Source: Actinomycetota bacterium (GTDB lineage Bacteria; Actinomycetota; Thermoleophilia; Solirubrobacterales; 70-9). Taken from it: DNA of 64,000 bases. A program made the translations under genes and the position numbers. The stretch spans positions 1,540-65,539 of the forward strand of contig JAFDWF010000208.1 of assembly GCA_018268575.1 (NCBI GenBank), in the 5' to 3' direction. How positions within the stretch are numbered: position 1 is the first letter of the stretch; every line of letters begins with the position of its first letter. Shown here piece after piece: positions 24,935 through 33,777 of the stretch. Below the pieces are notes generated by a model, which was not told where the DNA came from, made no database searches, and saw nothing but the letters and a program-made list of their open reading frames with translations.

Positions 24935-26478
24935 CGTCCTTGCCCCAGGAGGTAGTTGAGCAGCGGTTCGGTGCCTTCGGCGCTCGTCGCTTCGCCCAGT
25001 TCCGGTTCGCCGGCGGCGGAGCCGCGCCGGGTCGGGGCCGTGCCTTCGGCCGAGTGGGCGGTGCCCAGCGTCGCGCCCGTGCCTGCCGGTTCCGTGCCAC
25101 CGTTTTCGGCGGTGAGGAGCCCGGCCTTTTCGCGCATCCGGTTGAGCAGCTCGACCAAGGCGCGGGCACTGGTTTTGGTCGGTTCGTTGGCCTGTGGACC
25201 GTGGTAGCGGGCCACGCAACCGCTGAACCCTTCGACGTTCGCTTCGTACTGCACACAGGTCGTCAGCGTCACCAGGGTGCGACCGAAGTGACCGAATTTG
25301 TCGAAGCCGTTGAGCGATGCCGCGGTGTTGTAGATCAGTTCGGTGAGGCCGTCCCAGCCACCGTTCTCCCTCAGGCTGACGAGGAGCTTCGCCAGTTCAC
25401 CCGTCGGCACTTCACCGGAGATCGCCAGGTTGCTCGCCTGCTTCACCACCGGAGTCGCTGCGGCGAAGACCGGGCCCGATTCTTCGCCCGCCTTGCCGAG
25501 GCTCTTTAGCGCCACCGTGGTCGCTTCCGAGAACGGGGTCAGCGTGCCGGTGGCGTCGGTCAGCGAGGGAGCGGCAACGCCGAGCTCTTCGAGCAGCGGC
25601 GTGCCCGCGTCGGAGAACGCCTTCAGGTTCACCATCGTCTGCCGGAACTCGGTCAGGAAGCGGGGGAACTTCTGCAGCGCCGCTTCCAGTTCGGGCCCGT
25701 GCGCGGCGGTCGCCCGGGCCGATTCGCCCGCGTGCGCGAGGAAGCCGACCACGCGTTCCTTTTCCAGCGTCAGCGGTTCGAGGATTTCCTGCGAGTCGGA
25801 GGCCAGCTGGGCGAGCTGGTCCTTCTGTTCGGTCAGCGTCTTGAACAGGAGGTCGACGTCGCGCAGGGTCGGGTTGGCCCGCTTGATCGTCGCTTCGAGG
25901 TCTTCGCCGCGGCCCGCCAGGCCCGCCCCGAGTTCGTTGAAGATCAGCCGGAAGCGCTGCGCGTAGGGGAGCGAGTTGATGTTGTTGATCAGGTCGGGGT
26001 CGACGCTGGTCGTGTTGCTGCCCAGCGGCAGCAGGTACTGGCCCGCGCCCGGTTCGCCTGCGGGGATCTGCTTCAGCGGCGGCGCCGGCTGCTGGCCCGG
26101 GGCCCGTGGCACGGTCGGCGTGCAGTTGACGTACTTCTCGCCGATCAGCGACTGCGGGCGGATTTCGCAGCTGGCGTCCTGGCGGAAGTCCTGGAAGCTC
26201 GGATCCGAGATTTCGAGCTCGATGATCGCCTTGCCGGGGACGTCCTTGAACTTGCCGTCTTCGATCGCGGTCGGTTCGCCCGGCAGCGAGACGCCGACCG
26301 ACTTGATTTCCCCGACGTTGGCGCCGGCGACGCGCACCTGCTCGCCGCTGACCATGAACGAGCCCTGGTCGAAGATCGCCCGCACGACGTAGCCGTTGCC
26401 CCCGCTGCCGCCCGCGATCAGGATGATCGCGACCACGATCGCCGCGACCACGGCGACCCCTGCGATCAGCTTCTTCAC
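24931..26478 (-). CDS. MCE/MlaD-family protein (2nd of 6)
   Basis: Trimmed to GTG 26478 (GTGA overlap). It has a TM segment 'LIAGVAVVAAIVVAIILIAG' and 'VRVAGANVGEIKSVGV'. Confidence 0.9.
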   Translation of the reverse strand: MKKLIAGVAVVAAIVVAIILIAGGSGGNGYVVRAIFDQGSFMVSGEQVRVAGANVGEIKSVGVSLPGEPTAIEDGKFKDVPGKAIIELEISDPSFQDFRQDASCEIRPQSLIGEKYVNCTPTVPRAPGQQPAPPLKQIPAGEPGAGQYLLPLGSNTTSVDPDLINNINSLPYAQRFRLIFNELGAGLAGRGEDLEATIKRANPTLRDVDLLFKTLTEQKDQLAQLASDSQEILEPLTLEKERVVGFLAHAGESARATAAHGPELEAALQKFPRFLTEFRQTMVNLKAFSDAGTPLLEELGVAAPSLTDATGTLTPFSEATTVALKSLGKAGEESGPVFAAATPVVKQASNLAISGEVPTGELAKLLVSLRENGGWDGLTELIYNTAASLNGFDKFGHFGRTLVTLTTCVQYEANVEGFSGCVARYHGPQANEPTKTSARALVELLNRMREKAGLLTAENGGTEPAGTGATLGTAHSAEGTAPTRRGSAAGEPELGEATSAEGTEPLLNYLLGQGR

Positions 26479-27875
26479 GGGCCGCCCACCTGCTCGGAGG
26501 GGTTGCATTCGGAGCTCGAGACGGCGCTGCCGCCGTGCGGCGGGTTGACGTAGGGGGCCGAGTTGTCGCCCGGGGCCTGCGCGGCGCCCCCCGGGCAGCG
26601 GGTCGGCGTCGCCGCCGGGTTGCCGAAGGGCACGAACTGTTCGGACTTCGGGATCGCCGTCAGCGTCCCGCCTTCGTCCTTGAAGACGTTCTCCAGCGCG
26701 GTCGCGCCGCGCACGTAGTTGCCATTGCCGTCGTAGTAGCCGCTGACCTGGCCGAGCTTCGAGATCCCGTTGAAGAAGTCGGGCGTGTAGGAGCGGATGA
26801 AGTTCAGCTGCGGCTGGAAGTCGGCGATCGCGGTCTGGGCGTGCGGGAAGGTGGTCGAGGCGAGCTGCTGGACGCTCGGCAGGATCGCCAGCAGTTCCCG
26901 CGAGTCGTTGTGCGGGCCGGGACGGTCCAGCGCCAGGGTGAGGTTGCGGGTGAAGGGGATGAACTTGGTCAGCACCGGGCGCAGTTCGGCGAGGAAGGGC
27001 GCCAGGTTCTTGGTCGCGGGCTTGGCCGTGTTGATCAGCGGTTCGACGTCGTCGAGCGCGGCGCGCAGGTTGACGAAGGTGGTGTTCGCCTGGCGCAGGA
27101 CCGGGGGCAGCTCCTGCAGCGATTCGTCGAGGGCGACGTTCTGGGTGTTGATCGCGTCGAAGGCGGTGGTCGCGTTGCCGATCGCGCTCGAGAGCTGGGA
27201 GCCGCGGTTGGCGACCGCCGTGGTCAGCTTCGCCGAGCTGACCAGGAACCGCGAGAGCAGCTGTTCGTCGGCGTTCAGTTCGGCGGCGAAGTTGGTGGCC
27301 CGGTTCAGCGCCGTGCCGAAGTATTCGTAGCTTTCGTTCGCTTCGTTGCCGCGCCCGGCGTAGATCTCCCCGTTGCCCTTGATGAAGTTCTGCAGCCCTT
27401 CGCGCACCTTCGGCGGGAAGCTGTTGAAGAGCTGGTCGATGTCGACGGGAGTCGTGGTCGAGGAGAGGCCGAGCGTCGCCCCTTCTTCCAGCGACGGGCT
27501 GCTGTTCGGGCCGGGGCTGATCGAGAGGTAGTGGTTGGCGACCCCGGAGAGCGAGGTCGCCCGGATCACCGCGGTCGTCCCTTCGTGCAGTTCCTGTTCG
27601 ACTTCGACGTTGACTTCGGCCAGATTTTCCGGGCTCAGTTCGATGCTCGAGACGGTCCCCACCGGGGAGCCGCCGATCAGCACCTGGTTGTCGTTGACGA
27701 GCTGGCCCGCGTTCTGGAACATGAACGTGTACTTGTGGCCACCGCCGCCGGTGAAGAGGAGGATCGCAAGCACGATCACGACGACCAGCAGCGCCCCGAT
27801 CGCCGCCAAGCGGGCTGGGGTGGTCCCTCGGCTCGGAGCCGAGCGTTTCTCCTCGCCTTGGGGTTTCGCAGCCAC
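26475..27875 (-). CDS. MCE/MlaD-family protein (1st of 6)
   Basis: 466 aa with a GTG start, a TM segment 'LAAIGALLVVVIVLAILLF' and 'VLIGGSPVGTVSSIEL'. Confidence 0.9.
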   Translation of the reverse strand: MAAKPQGEEKRSAPSRGTTPARLAAIGALLVVVIVLAILLFTGGGGHKYTFMFQNAGQLVNDNQVLIGGSPVGTVSSIELSPENLAEVNVEVEQELHEGTTAVIRATSLSGVANHYLSISPGPNSSPSLEEGATLGLSSTTTPVDIDQLFNSFPPKVREGLQNFIKGNGEIYAGRGNEANESYEYFGTALNRATNFAAELNADEQLLSRFLVSSAKLTTAVANRGSQLSSAIGNATTAFDAINTQNVALDESLQELPPVLRQANTTFVNLRAALDDVEPLINTAKPATKNLAPFLAELRPVLTKFIPFTRNLTLALDRPGPHNDSRELLAILPSVQQLASTTFPHAQTAIADFQPQLNFIRSYTPDFFNGISKLGQVSGYYDGNGNYVRGATALENVFKDEGGTLTAIPKSEQFVPFGNPAATPTRCPGGAAQAPGDNSAPYVNPPHGGSAVSSSECNPSEQVGGP

Positions 27876-27924
27876 GGGTCGTCGCTCTGCCCATCCCCGG
27901 CCCCCTCGACCCTGCGGACGGGCG

Positions 27925-27950
27925 CGGGAATCGTATCCGAGGGATTCCCG
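27925..27950. promoter_or_regulatory. 8-bp inverted repeat cgggaatc-N10-gattcccg in the 190-bp mce / secreted-protein divergent region
   Basis: Read from the sequence. It is only a candidate operator. Confidence 0.2.
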
Positions 27951-28065
27951 GCCAAACGGCGCCTGAGCGGGGACTTAACTGGAAATCAACGCGCTACTCT
28001 GGCGCCACGGACCGGTTGGGGAAGTGGGAGGCGCGTCCGCAAATTTTCGATCCAGGAGCGACTCA

Positions 28066-28854
28066 ATGCGCAAACGTTTCACTCTGATCGCGGGCCTCGC
28101 CGCCGTGGTGGCGATCGCGATCCCGGTTTCGGCCGCGATCGCCGGGGAAACCGTGACCGGGCCCGACGGCAACACGCAGTCGATCGAAGCGACGATCACG
28201 CCAAAGGCCCTCTACAAGAAGACCTTCTCGCCGGCGACGCTGAGCGTCGACGTCAAGACCGGCTCCTCGAGCGGCGGGATCCCGAGCCCGGCCGTCCACG
28301 ACGTGATCGATTTCGACAAGAACCTGACGCTGGCGACCAAGGGCCTGCCGACCTGCAACGCGTCGCAGCTGCAGAACACCTCGACCGAAGTCGCCGAAAA
28401 AGCCTGCGGCAAGGCCAAGATCGGCTCCGGCGAAGCGCAGACGCTGCTGCCGCTGGGCACCCTCTACAACGAGCCGACCAAGGTGACCGCCTTCAACGGC
28501 GCCCCGCAGGGCGGCAAGCCGGTGGTGCTGCTGCACGCCTACGGCACCTCGCCGGTGCAGACCACGCTGGTCTTGGTCGGCACGGTCAGCAACCTGAACA
28601 AGGAAGGCTACGGGCCGCGCCTCGACGTGACGATCCCGCCGCTGGCCGGCGGCGTCGGCGTGATCACCGACTTCCAGGTCAAGATCAACAAGACCTGGAC
28701 CTACAAGGGCAAGAAGATGAGCTTCATCTCGGCCAAATGCCCGGCCTCGAAGAAGCTCAAGTACCGCGGCGCCTTCACCTACAAAGACGGCACCACGATC
28801 GAAGCCACCCACAGCCAGGCCTGCGCGCCGAAGGCCGAACCGAAGAAGAAGTAG
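28066..28854 (+). CDS. Secreted four-Cys protein, paralog 1 (unassigned family)
   Basis: ATG 28066 has AGGAG upstream. The signal-peptide-like N terminus is 'MRKRFTLIAGLAAVVAIAIPVSAAIA'. It aligns end to end with the ORFs at 32249, 33013, 33759 and 42084 (GLPxC-x16-C, FNG..G.P, two Cys pairs). Confidence 0.8.
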   Translation: MRKRFTLIAGLAAVVAIAIPVSAAIAGETVTGPDGNTQSIEATITPKALYKKTFSPATLSVDVKTGSSSGGIPSPAVHDVIDFDKNLTLATKGLPTCNASQLQNTSTEVAEKACGKAKIGSGEAQTLLPLGTLYNEPTKVTAFNGAPQGGKPVVLLHAYGTSPVQTTLVLVGTVSNLNKEGYGPRLDVTIPPLAGGVGVITDFQVKINKTWTYKGKKMSFISAKCPASKKLKYRGAFTYKDGTTIEATHSQACAPKAEPKKK

Positions 28855-28890
28855 TCCGCCGACGCGAGGGTGCTGCCGTAACCAGACGTC

Positions 28891-31800
28891 CTAGACGTCG
28901 AAGCGCGGCAGCACCCGCGCCAGCGGGCGCGGCAGCCACCAGACGCGGTCGCCGAGCAGCAGCATCAGGGCCGGCAAGAGGACGATCCGCACCACGGTGG
29001 CGTCGAGCACCACCGCGACGGTAAGCCCGATCCCGAGCTGGCTCACCGTCGCCACCGGTGCGGCGGCGAAGACGATGAAGACGGCGAGCATGATCGCCGC
29101 GGCGCCGGTGATCACCCGGGCCGTCTTCTCCAGCCCGAAGCGGACCGCGGTCGCGTTGTCCTCGCCGGCGTCGTAGCGCTCCCGCATCCGGGTCAGCAGG
29201 AAGACCGCATAGTCGATCGAGAGGCCGAAGACGACGGCGAAGATCATGCAGGCGCCGACCGCGTCGACGTAGTGGTGGCCGCCCAGCGGCCAGCTCGCGG
29301 GCACGTGGAAGAGCAGGGTGAGGATGCCGAAGGCGACCGCCACCGTGAGCAGGTTGAGGCCGACCGCGATCGCCGCCAGCGGCAGCGCCCGCAGCACCAC
29401 CACGAGGACCAGGAAGGTGACCAGGGTGATCGTCGCGATGATCCAGGGGATCCGGTCGCGGGTGATCTGGTTGTAGTCGTTCAGCTGCGCGGCGCTGCCC
29501 GCCACCCCGGTCGACAGTTCCGCATCTTGGCCCAGTTCGCCCGCCGCGGTGGCGAGCTTCTGGTTCAGTTCGATCGAGCCGGGCGAGTTGAATTCGTACT
29601 TCGAGATCACCAGGATCGAGGCCGCCTGGCCGCCGTGGTTCAGGTCGATCGTCGCCCCCACCTTTTCGCGCGTCGCGGGCGGCGCCCCGTCGAGCGCCGA
29701 GAGGACGAAGTAGCCGGAGTTGAAGAGCCCGGGCGAGGCTTCCTGGACCTTGCCCGCACGACGGCGGATCTTCGACTTGCCTTCGAGCACCTTGACGCTC
29801 GCTTCCGCCAGCCCGGTTTCCAGCGGTTCGGATTTCGGCACCCCCGCGGCAAGGCTCTGTTCCAGCGCTTCGGCGCCGCCGACCAGCTTGCCGAGGCCGG
29901 TGGCAAGCGCGGTGGCGCCACTGCTCAGGCGTTCGATCCCCTTGCCCAGGCCGCCCGCCGCCGTGGCCAGCTTGTTCGCCCCGTGGGCGAGCGTGTTCGT
30001 CCCTTTGTGGATCTTGTAAAGGCCTTCGATCAGCCGGCCCATACCACGCCCGACACGGTGCAATTCGCGAACCGACGAGTAGATGAAGGACGACGTCCTC
30101 TGATTGAGTTCGGCATCCTCGCCCAGCCGTTCCCGCAGCCCTTCGAGTTCGGCGGGAAGGCCCGCGTAGCCAGCTTCGTAGGGTGCCCCGGTCGCCGGGT
30201 CGGTGCCGGTCACCGCCGCCAGCGCGCCCTGCACCGATTCGAGCGTCGCCGCCGCGGCCGGGTCGCCCGGCGCCGCTTCCTTCAGCTTCGCTTCCGCAGC
30301 CTGCAGCTTCTCCACGCTTGCCGCCACCGGTGCGAGGAGGCGTGGCAGCGTTTCGTTCTGGTCGGCACGCAGCGCGCGCAGCTGCTCGCGCTGCGCTTTT
30401 CCACCGTTGTAGTGGAGGGAGCTCATGATCGAATTGATCCCGCTGACCCTGACCTGCTGGGCGCCGATCGCCGCTTCCAGCTCGGCTTCGACCAGTTTTT
30501 CGGAGCCTTCGGCAAACCGTTCCAGGGCCTTGATCGCCCGCTCGCTGCCGCCCGCCGCCCGGGCCAGGCCGCGGGCGATCAGCTGCGCGCCTTCGGTCGC
30601 GTGTTCGGAGCCGAGCGCGAGGAGGCCGGCGCCGTCGCTCGCTTCGCCGATCCCCGCCCGCAGTGCCCCGACCCCGCCCGCGGCGACGTTCAGTTCCTTG
30701 CCCAGGTGGCCGAGCTGCTTGACCGGGCCGATGTTCCCGTGCGAGGAGAGCACCGCGTTGCCGAGTTCCTGCAGCGGTTCGACCCGCTTGGTCGCCGCCT
30801 GCGGGCCGATCACCAGGTTCACCCCTTCGAAGGAGGCGACCTTGTGCTGGAAGTGTTCGATCGCCGCCATGCTGCCGGGGTCGGTGATCGGCCCGTTCGC
30901 GTTGGCGGCGACGACCTGGAAGGGCGCTTCCCAGCCGGGGCCGATCGTGTCGGCGATCAGTTCGGCGTCCTTGCGCGCGGGGGCGTCCCTGGCGAGCTGT
31001 TCGGTGCTCGGCGGGCCGAGCTTCAGCCCCATCGCGGGCGCCGCCAAGGCGAGCAGGATCGCCCCGATCACCACCGCCGCCACCAGCGGTCGGCGCAGCG
31101 CCGCGTTGACGAAGCGCATCACGCCGGAGCGCTCGGCGCTCGCCGGCCGGCCGATCCGCCAGCGGTTCACGTTCTCCCCGGCCAGGGTGAGGATCGCCGG
31201 GCCGACCAGGGTCGCCACGGTGACGCTGAGGACGACCACCATCGCCACCGTCCCCGCCAGCGAGATCAAGAGCGACCCGGGCAGGATCAGCAGCGAGACG
31301 AGCATCGAGAGCAGCAGGGTCGAGCCCGCGAAGGCGACGGTCCGCCCGGCGTGTCGCCTGGTTCTTCGCGCCGCCTCGACCGGCTCGGCCCCGGTCGCCA
31401 GCTCCTCGCGGAAGCGCGAGACCATCAGCAGGGCGTAGTCGACCCCCAGCGCCAGCCCGATCATCGTGCAGACGGTCAGCGCGAAGGCGTCGATCGAGAA
31501 CCAGGAGGTGAGGAAGTAGAGGATCCCACGCGAGGAGAGCACCGTGATCGCGCCGAAGCCGAGCGGGATCACGGCCGCGATCGGCGAGCGGAAGACCAGC
31601 AGCAGGACGATCAGCAGGATCGGCAGGGCGACCAGCTCGTCGTGCTCGGCGGAGTCGATCGATTCCTGCTGCAGGGCGCGGGAGAGAGTGGCGAAGCCGG
31701 TCTGGGTCACCGCCACCGGCGCTTTCACCGATTCGTTCAGCAGTTCTTCCAGGTGCGGCACGGTTTCGTTGACCGCGGTTTTCGTGCCGACCGGGAAGTT

Positions 31801-32205
31801 GGCGATGATCAGCGCCTTCCCCGGGCTCGGCCGCAGCGCCCCGACCGAGCCGTTGTCCCAAGGGGAAAGCGTCGACACCCCCGGTTCTTCGCGCAGCGCT
31901 TCGACCAGCTGCGGGCCCTGCTTTTCCACCGCGGCCCGCGGGCCGCGCAGCAGGATCACGAACGGGGTCGAGGGCCCGAAGTGCTCTTCCAACATCGCGT
32001 TGGCTTCCGCCGAGGCGCTGCCGGGGACGTCGAGCGTGGTCGGGTCGAGCCGCGAGGTGACGCCGGTGCCGATCACCGCCAGGGCGGCGAGGACGATCGC
32101 CGCCGCGAGCAGGATCTCGCGCGGGTGCCGCAGCAGCCACGGCTGCCGCCTCCGGGAACCCGAGGCCCGGGACCGCTCCCCTCCCCTGCTCCTGCTGCTT
32201 CCCAC
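28891..32205 (-). CDS. MMPL-family (RND superfamily) transporter with large XXXLXXG heptad-repeat insert
   Basis: 1104 aa. Two MMPL-type TM bundles are present ('GLALGVDYALLMVSRFREE', 'FGLSIDYAVFLLTRMRE'). They flank an insert of about 350 aa containing 'TNTLAHGANKLATAAGGLGKGIERLSSGATALATGLGKLVGGAEALEQSLAAG'. The GTG start at 32205 is uncertain. Confidence 0.85.
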   Translation of the reverse strand: MGSSRSRGGERSRASGSRRRQPWLLRHPREILLAAAIVLAALAVIGTGVTSRLDPTTLDVPGSASAEANAMLEEHFGPSTPFVILLRGPRAAVEKQGPQLVEALREEPGVSTLSPWDNGSVGALRPSPGKALIIANFPVGTKTAVNETVPHLEELLNESVKAPVAVTQTGFATLSRALQQESIDSAEHDELVALPILLIVLLLVFRSPIAAVIPLGFGAITVLSSRGILYFLTSWFSIDAFALTVCTMIGLALGVDYALLMVSRFREELATGAEPVEAARRTRRHAGRTVAFAGSTLLLSMLVSLLILPGSLLISLAGTVAMVVVLSVTVATLVGPAILTLAGENVNRWRIGRPASAERSGVMRFVNAALRRPLVAAVVIGAILLALAAPAMGLKLGPPSTEQLARDAPARKDAELIADTIGPGWEAPFQVVAANANGPITDPGSMAAIEHFQHKVASFEGVNLVIGPQAATKRVEPLQELGNAVLSSHGNIGPVKQLGHLGKELNVAAGGVGALRAGIGEASDGAGLLALGSEHATEGAQLIARGLARAAGGSERAIKALERFAEGSEKLVEAELEAAIGAQQVRVSGINSIMSSLHYNGGKAQREQLRALRADQNETLPRLLAPVAASVEKLQAAEAKLKEAAPGDPAAAATLESVQGALAAVTGTDPATGAPYEAGYAGLPAELEGLRERLGEDAELNQRTSSFIYSSVRELHRVGRGMGRLIEGLYKIHKGTNTLAHGANKLATAAGGLGKGIERLSSGATALATGLGKLVGGAEALEQSLAAGVPKSEPLETGLAEASVKVLEGKSKIRRRAGKVQEASPGLFNSGYFVLSALDGAPPATREKVGATIDLNHGGQAASILVISKYEFNSPGSIELNQKLATAAGELGQDAELSTGVAGSAAQLNDYNQITRDRIPWIIATITLVTFLVLVVVLRALPLAAIAVGLNLLTVAVAFGILTLLFHVPASWPLGGHHYVDAVGACMIFAVVFGLSIDYAVFLLTRMRERYDAGEDNATAVRFGLEKTARVITGAAAIMLAVFIVFAAAPVATVSQLGIGLTVAVVLDATVVRIVLLPALMLLLGDRVWWLPRPLARVLPRFDV

Positions 32206-32248
32206 CCGTGGTAGTTTGGCGGTCAGGGGCTACGGGAGGAGCGAACCT

Positions 32249-33016
32249 ATGCGGAAGAATGTGTTAAGGACGTCAGTCCTGACCGTCGTCGCGCTGTTGG
32301 CGATGAGCGGAGCGGCATTGGCGATCGTGTTACGAACCGGTCCGATCGAAGTCGTCGGCGAAGGCGGCTTCTCGCCGACGACGCTGCCGAAACAGCACAC
32401 GGCACCGATCATCCTGCACGGCGAAGGCCGGATCGGGACCACCGACGGCTCGCTGCCGCCGATCCTGAAGACGCTCACGGTCTGGTTCGACAAACACGGC
32501 GCGGTGGTGACGAAAGGCCTGCCCTACTGCACCAAAGGCAAGCTGGCGGCGACCACCACCGCGGTCGCGCGCAAGGTCTGCGCGGGCTCGATCGTCGGCG
32601 AGGGATCCGGCACCGCCCTGATCGCCTTCCCCGAACAGAAGCCGTTCAAGGCGAGCTCGCCGATCACGATCTTCAACGCGGCGCCGCACGACGGCAACCC
32701 GACCGTGCTCGCCCACGCCTACCTGAGCGTGCCCGCGCCGACCACCTACATCGTCCCGGTGGAAATCCAGAAGGTGCACAACGGGCCGTTCGGCTTCCGC
32801 ACCGAAGCGCAGATCCCGAAGATCGCGGGCGGGTCCGGGATTCCCCTCGAAGGACGCCTGACCATCGGCAAAAAATGGACCTACAAGGGCAAGAAGCTGA
32901 GTTATGCCAACGCCAGCTGCCCGAGCGGCAAGTTGCAGGCGAAAGTGGAAACCGAATTCACCGACACGACCCGGCTCAGCGGCGTGATCCTCAAACACTG
33001 CACGGGAGTCAATTGA
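32249..33016 (+). CDS. Secreted four-Cys protein, paralog 2
   Basis: ATG 32249 has GGGAGGAG upstream. The signal-like N terminus is 'VLTVVALLAMSGAALA'. It carries the paralog-family blocks. Confidence 0.8.
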   Translation: MRKNVLRTSVLTVVALLAMSGAALAIVLRTGPIEVVGEGGFSPTTLPKQHTAPIILHGEGRIGTTDGSLPPILKTLTVWFDKHGAVVTKGLPYCTKGKLAATTTAVARKVCAGSIVGEGSGTALIAFPEQKPFKASSPITIFNAAPHDGNPTVLAHAYLSVPAPTTYIVPVEIQKVHNGPFGFRTEAQIPKIAGGSGIPLEGRLTIGKKWTYKGKKLSYANASCPSGKLQAKVETEFTDTTRLSGVILKHCTGVN

Positions 33017-33777
33017 GGCGCCGGTTCGCAGCGGTCGGGCTCGCCGCGGTGGCGGCGGCGCTCGTCCTGGCCGCCGCGGCGGTCGCGGTCAGCACCCAGA
33101 TCGGCAACCTGAAGGTCAGCGCCACGGCGGAATTCATGCCGCGCGCCTTCCCCGCAAAGGGCACGCTGCCCGCCCGGTTCAGCAGTATCGTGCGGATCAA
33201 GACCGTGAACGGCGAACAGCCGCCGCCGCTGAAGACGCTGATCTTCGAATTCGACAAGCACGGCAAGCTGAACTTCAAGGGCATGCCCACCTGCACCGTC
33301 GCCCAGCTCGAAGGGACGACGCCGGCGGAGGCGCGCAAGCGCTGCGCCGGGGCGCTGCTCGGCACCGGCATCGGCAAGGCGCGGGTCGAATACCCGGGCA
33401 AGGCGCCGTTCAAGATCAGCTCGCCGATCTCGATCTTCAACGCGCCGCCGGAAGGGGGCGAGCCGACGCTGATCGCCCACGCCTACGAGACCGTGCCCTC
33501 GCCGCAGGCGCTGCTGGTCCCGTTCACGATCGAAAAGATCAACCACGGCCGCTACGGCTACCGGACCGAGCTCGAACTGCCGCCGATCGCCGAAGGCCAC
33601 GGGGCGGCGATCTTCGCCGAAGCCTCCTTCGGCCGCACTCGAAAAGAACACGGCCAGGAGGTCGGCTACGTCGAAGCCGAATGCTCCGGCGGCCGCCTGC
33701 AGGTCCACGGCGAGATGATCTTCGCCGAAAGCCACCTCGAATCGCTGCTCACCTCGCCATGTCACACCGAAGGCTGA
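33013..33777 (+). CDS. Secreted four-Cys protein, paralog 3
   Basis: TTG 33013 overlaps the upstream stop (TTGA). It has a hydrophobic N terminus and the paralog-family blocks. Confidence 0.75.
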   Translation: MRRRFAAVGLAAVAAALVLAAAAVAVSTQIGNLKVSATAEFMPRAFPAKGTLPARFSSIVRIKTVNGEQPPPLKTLIFEFDKHGKLNFKGMPTCTVAQLEGTTPAEARKRCAGALLGTGIGKARVEYPGKAPFKISSPISIFNAPPEGGEPTLIAHAYETVPSPQALLVPFTIEKINHGRYGYRTELELPPIAEGHGAAIFAEASFGRTRKEHGQEVGYVEAECSGGRLQVHGEMIFAESHLESLLTSPCHTEG

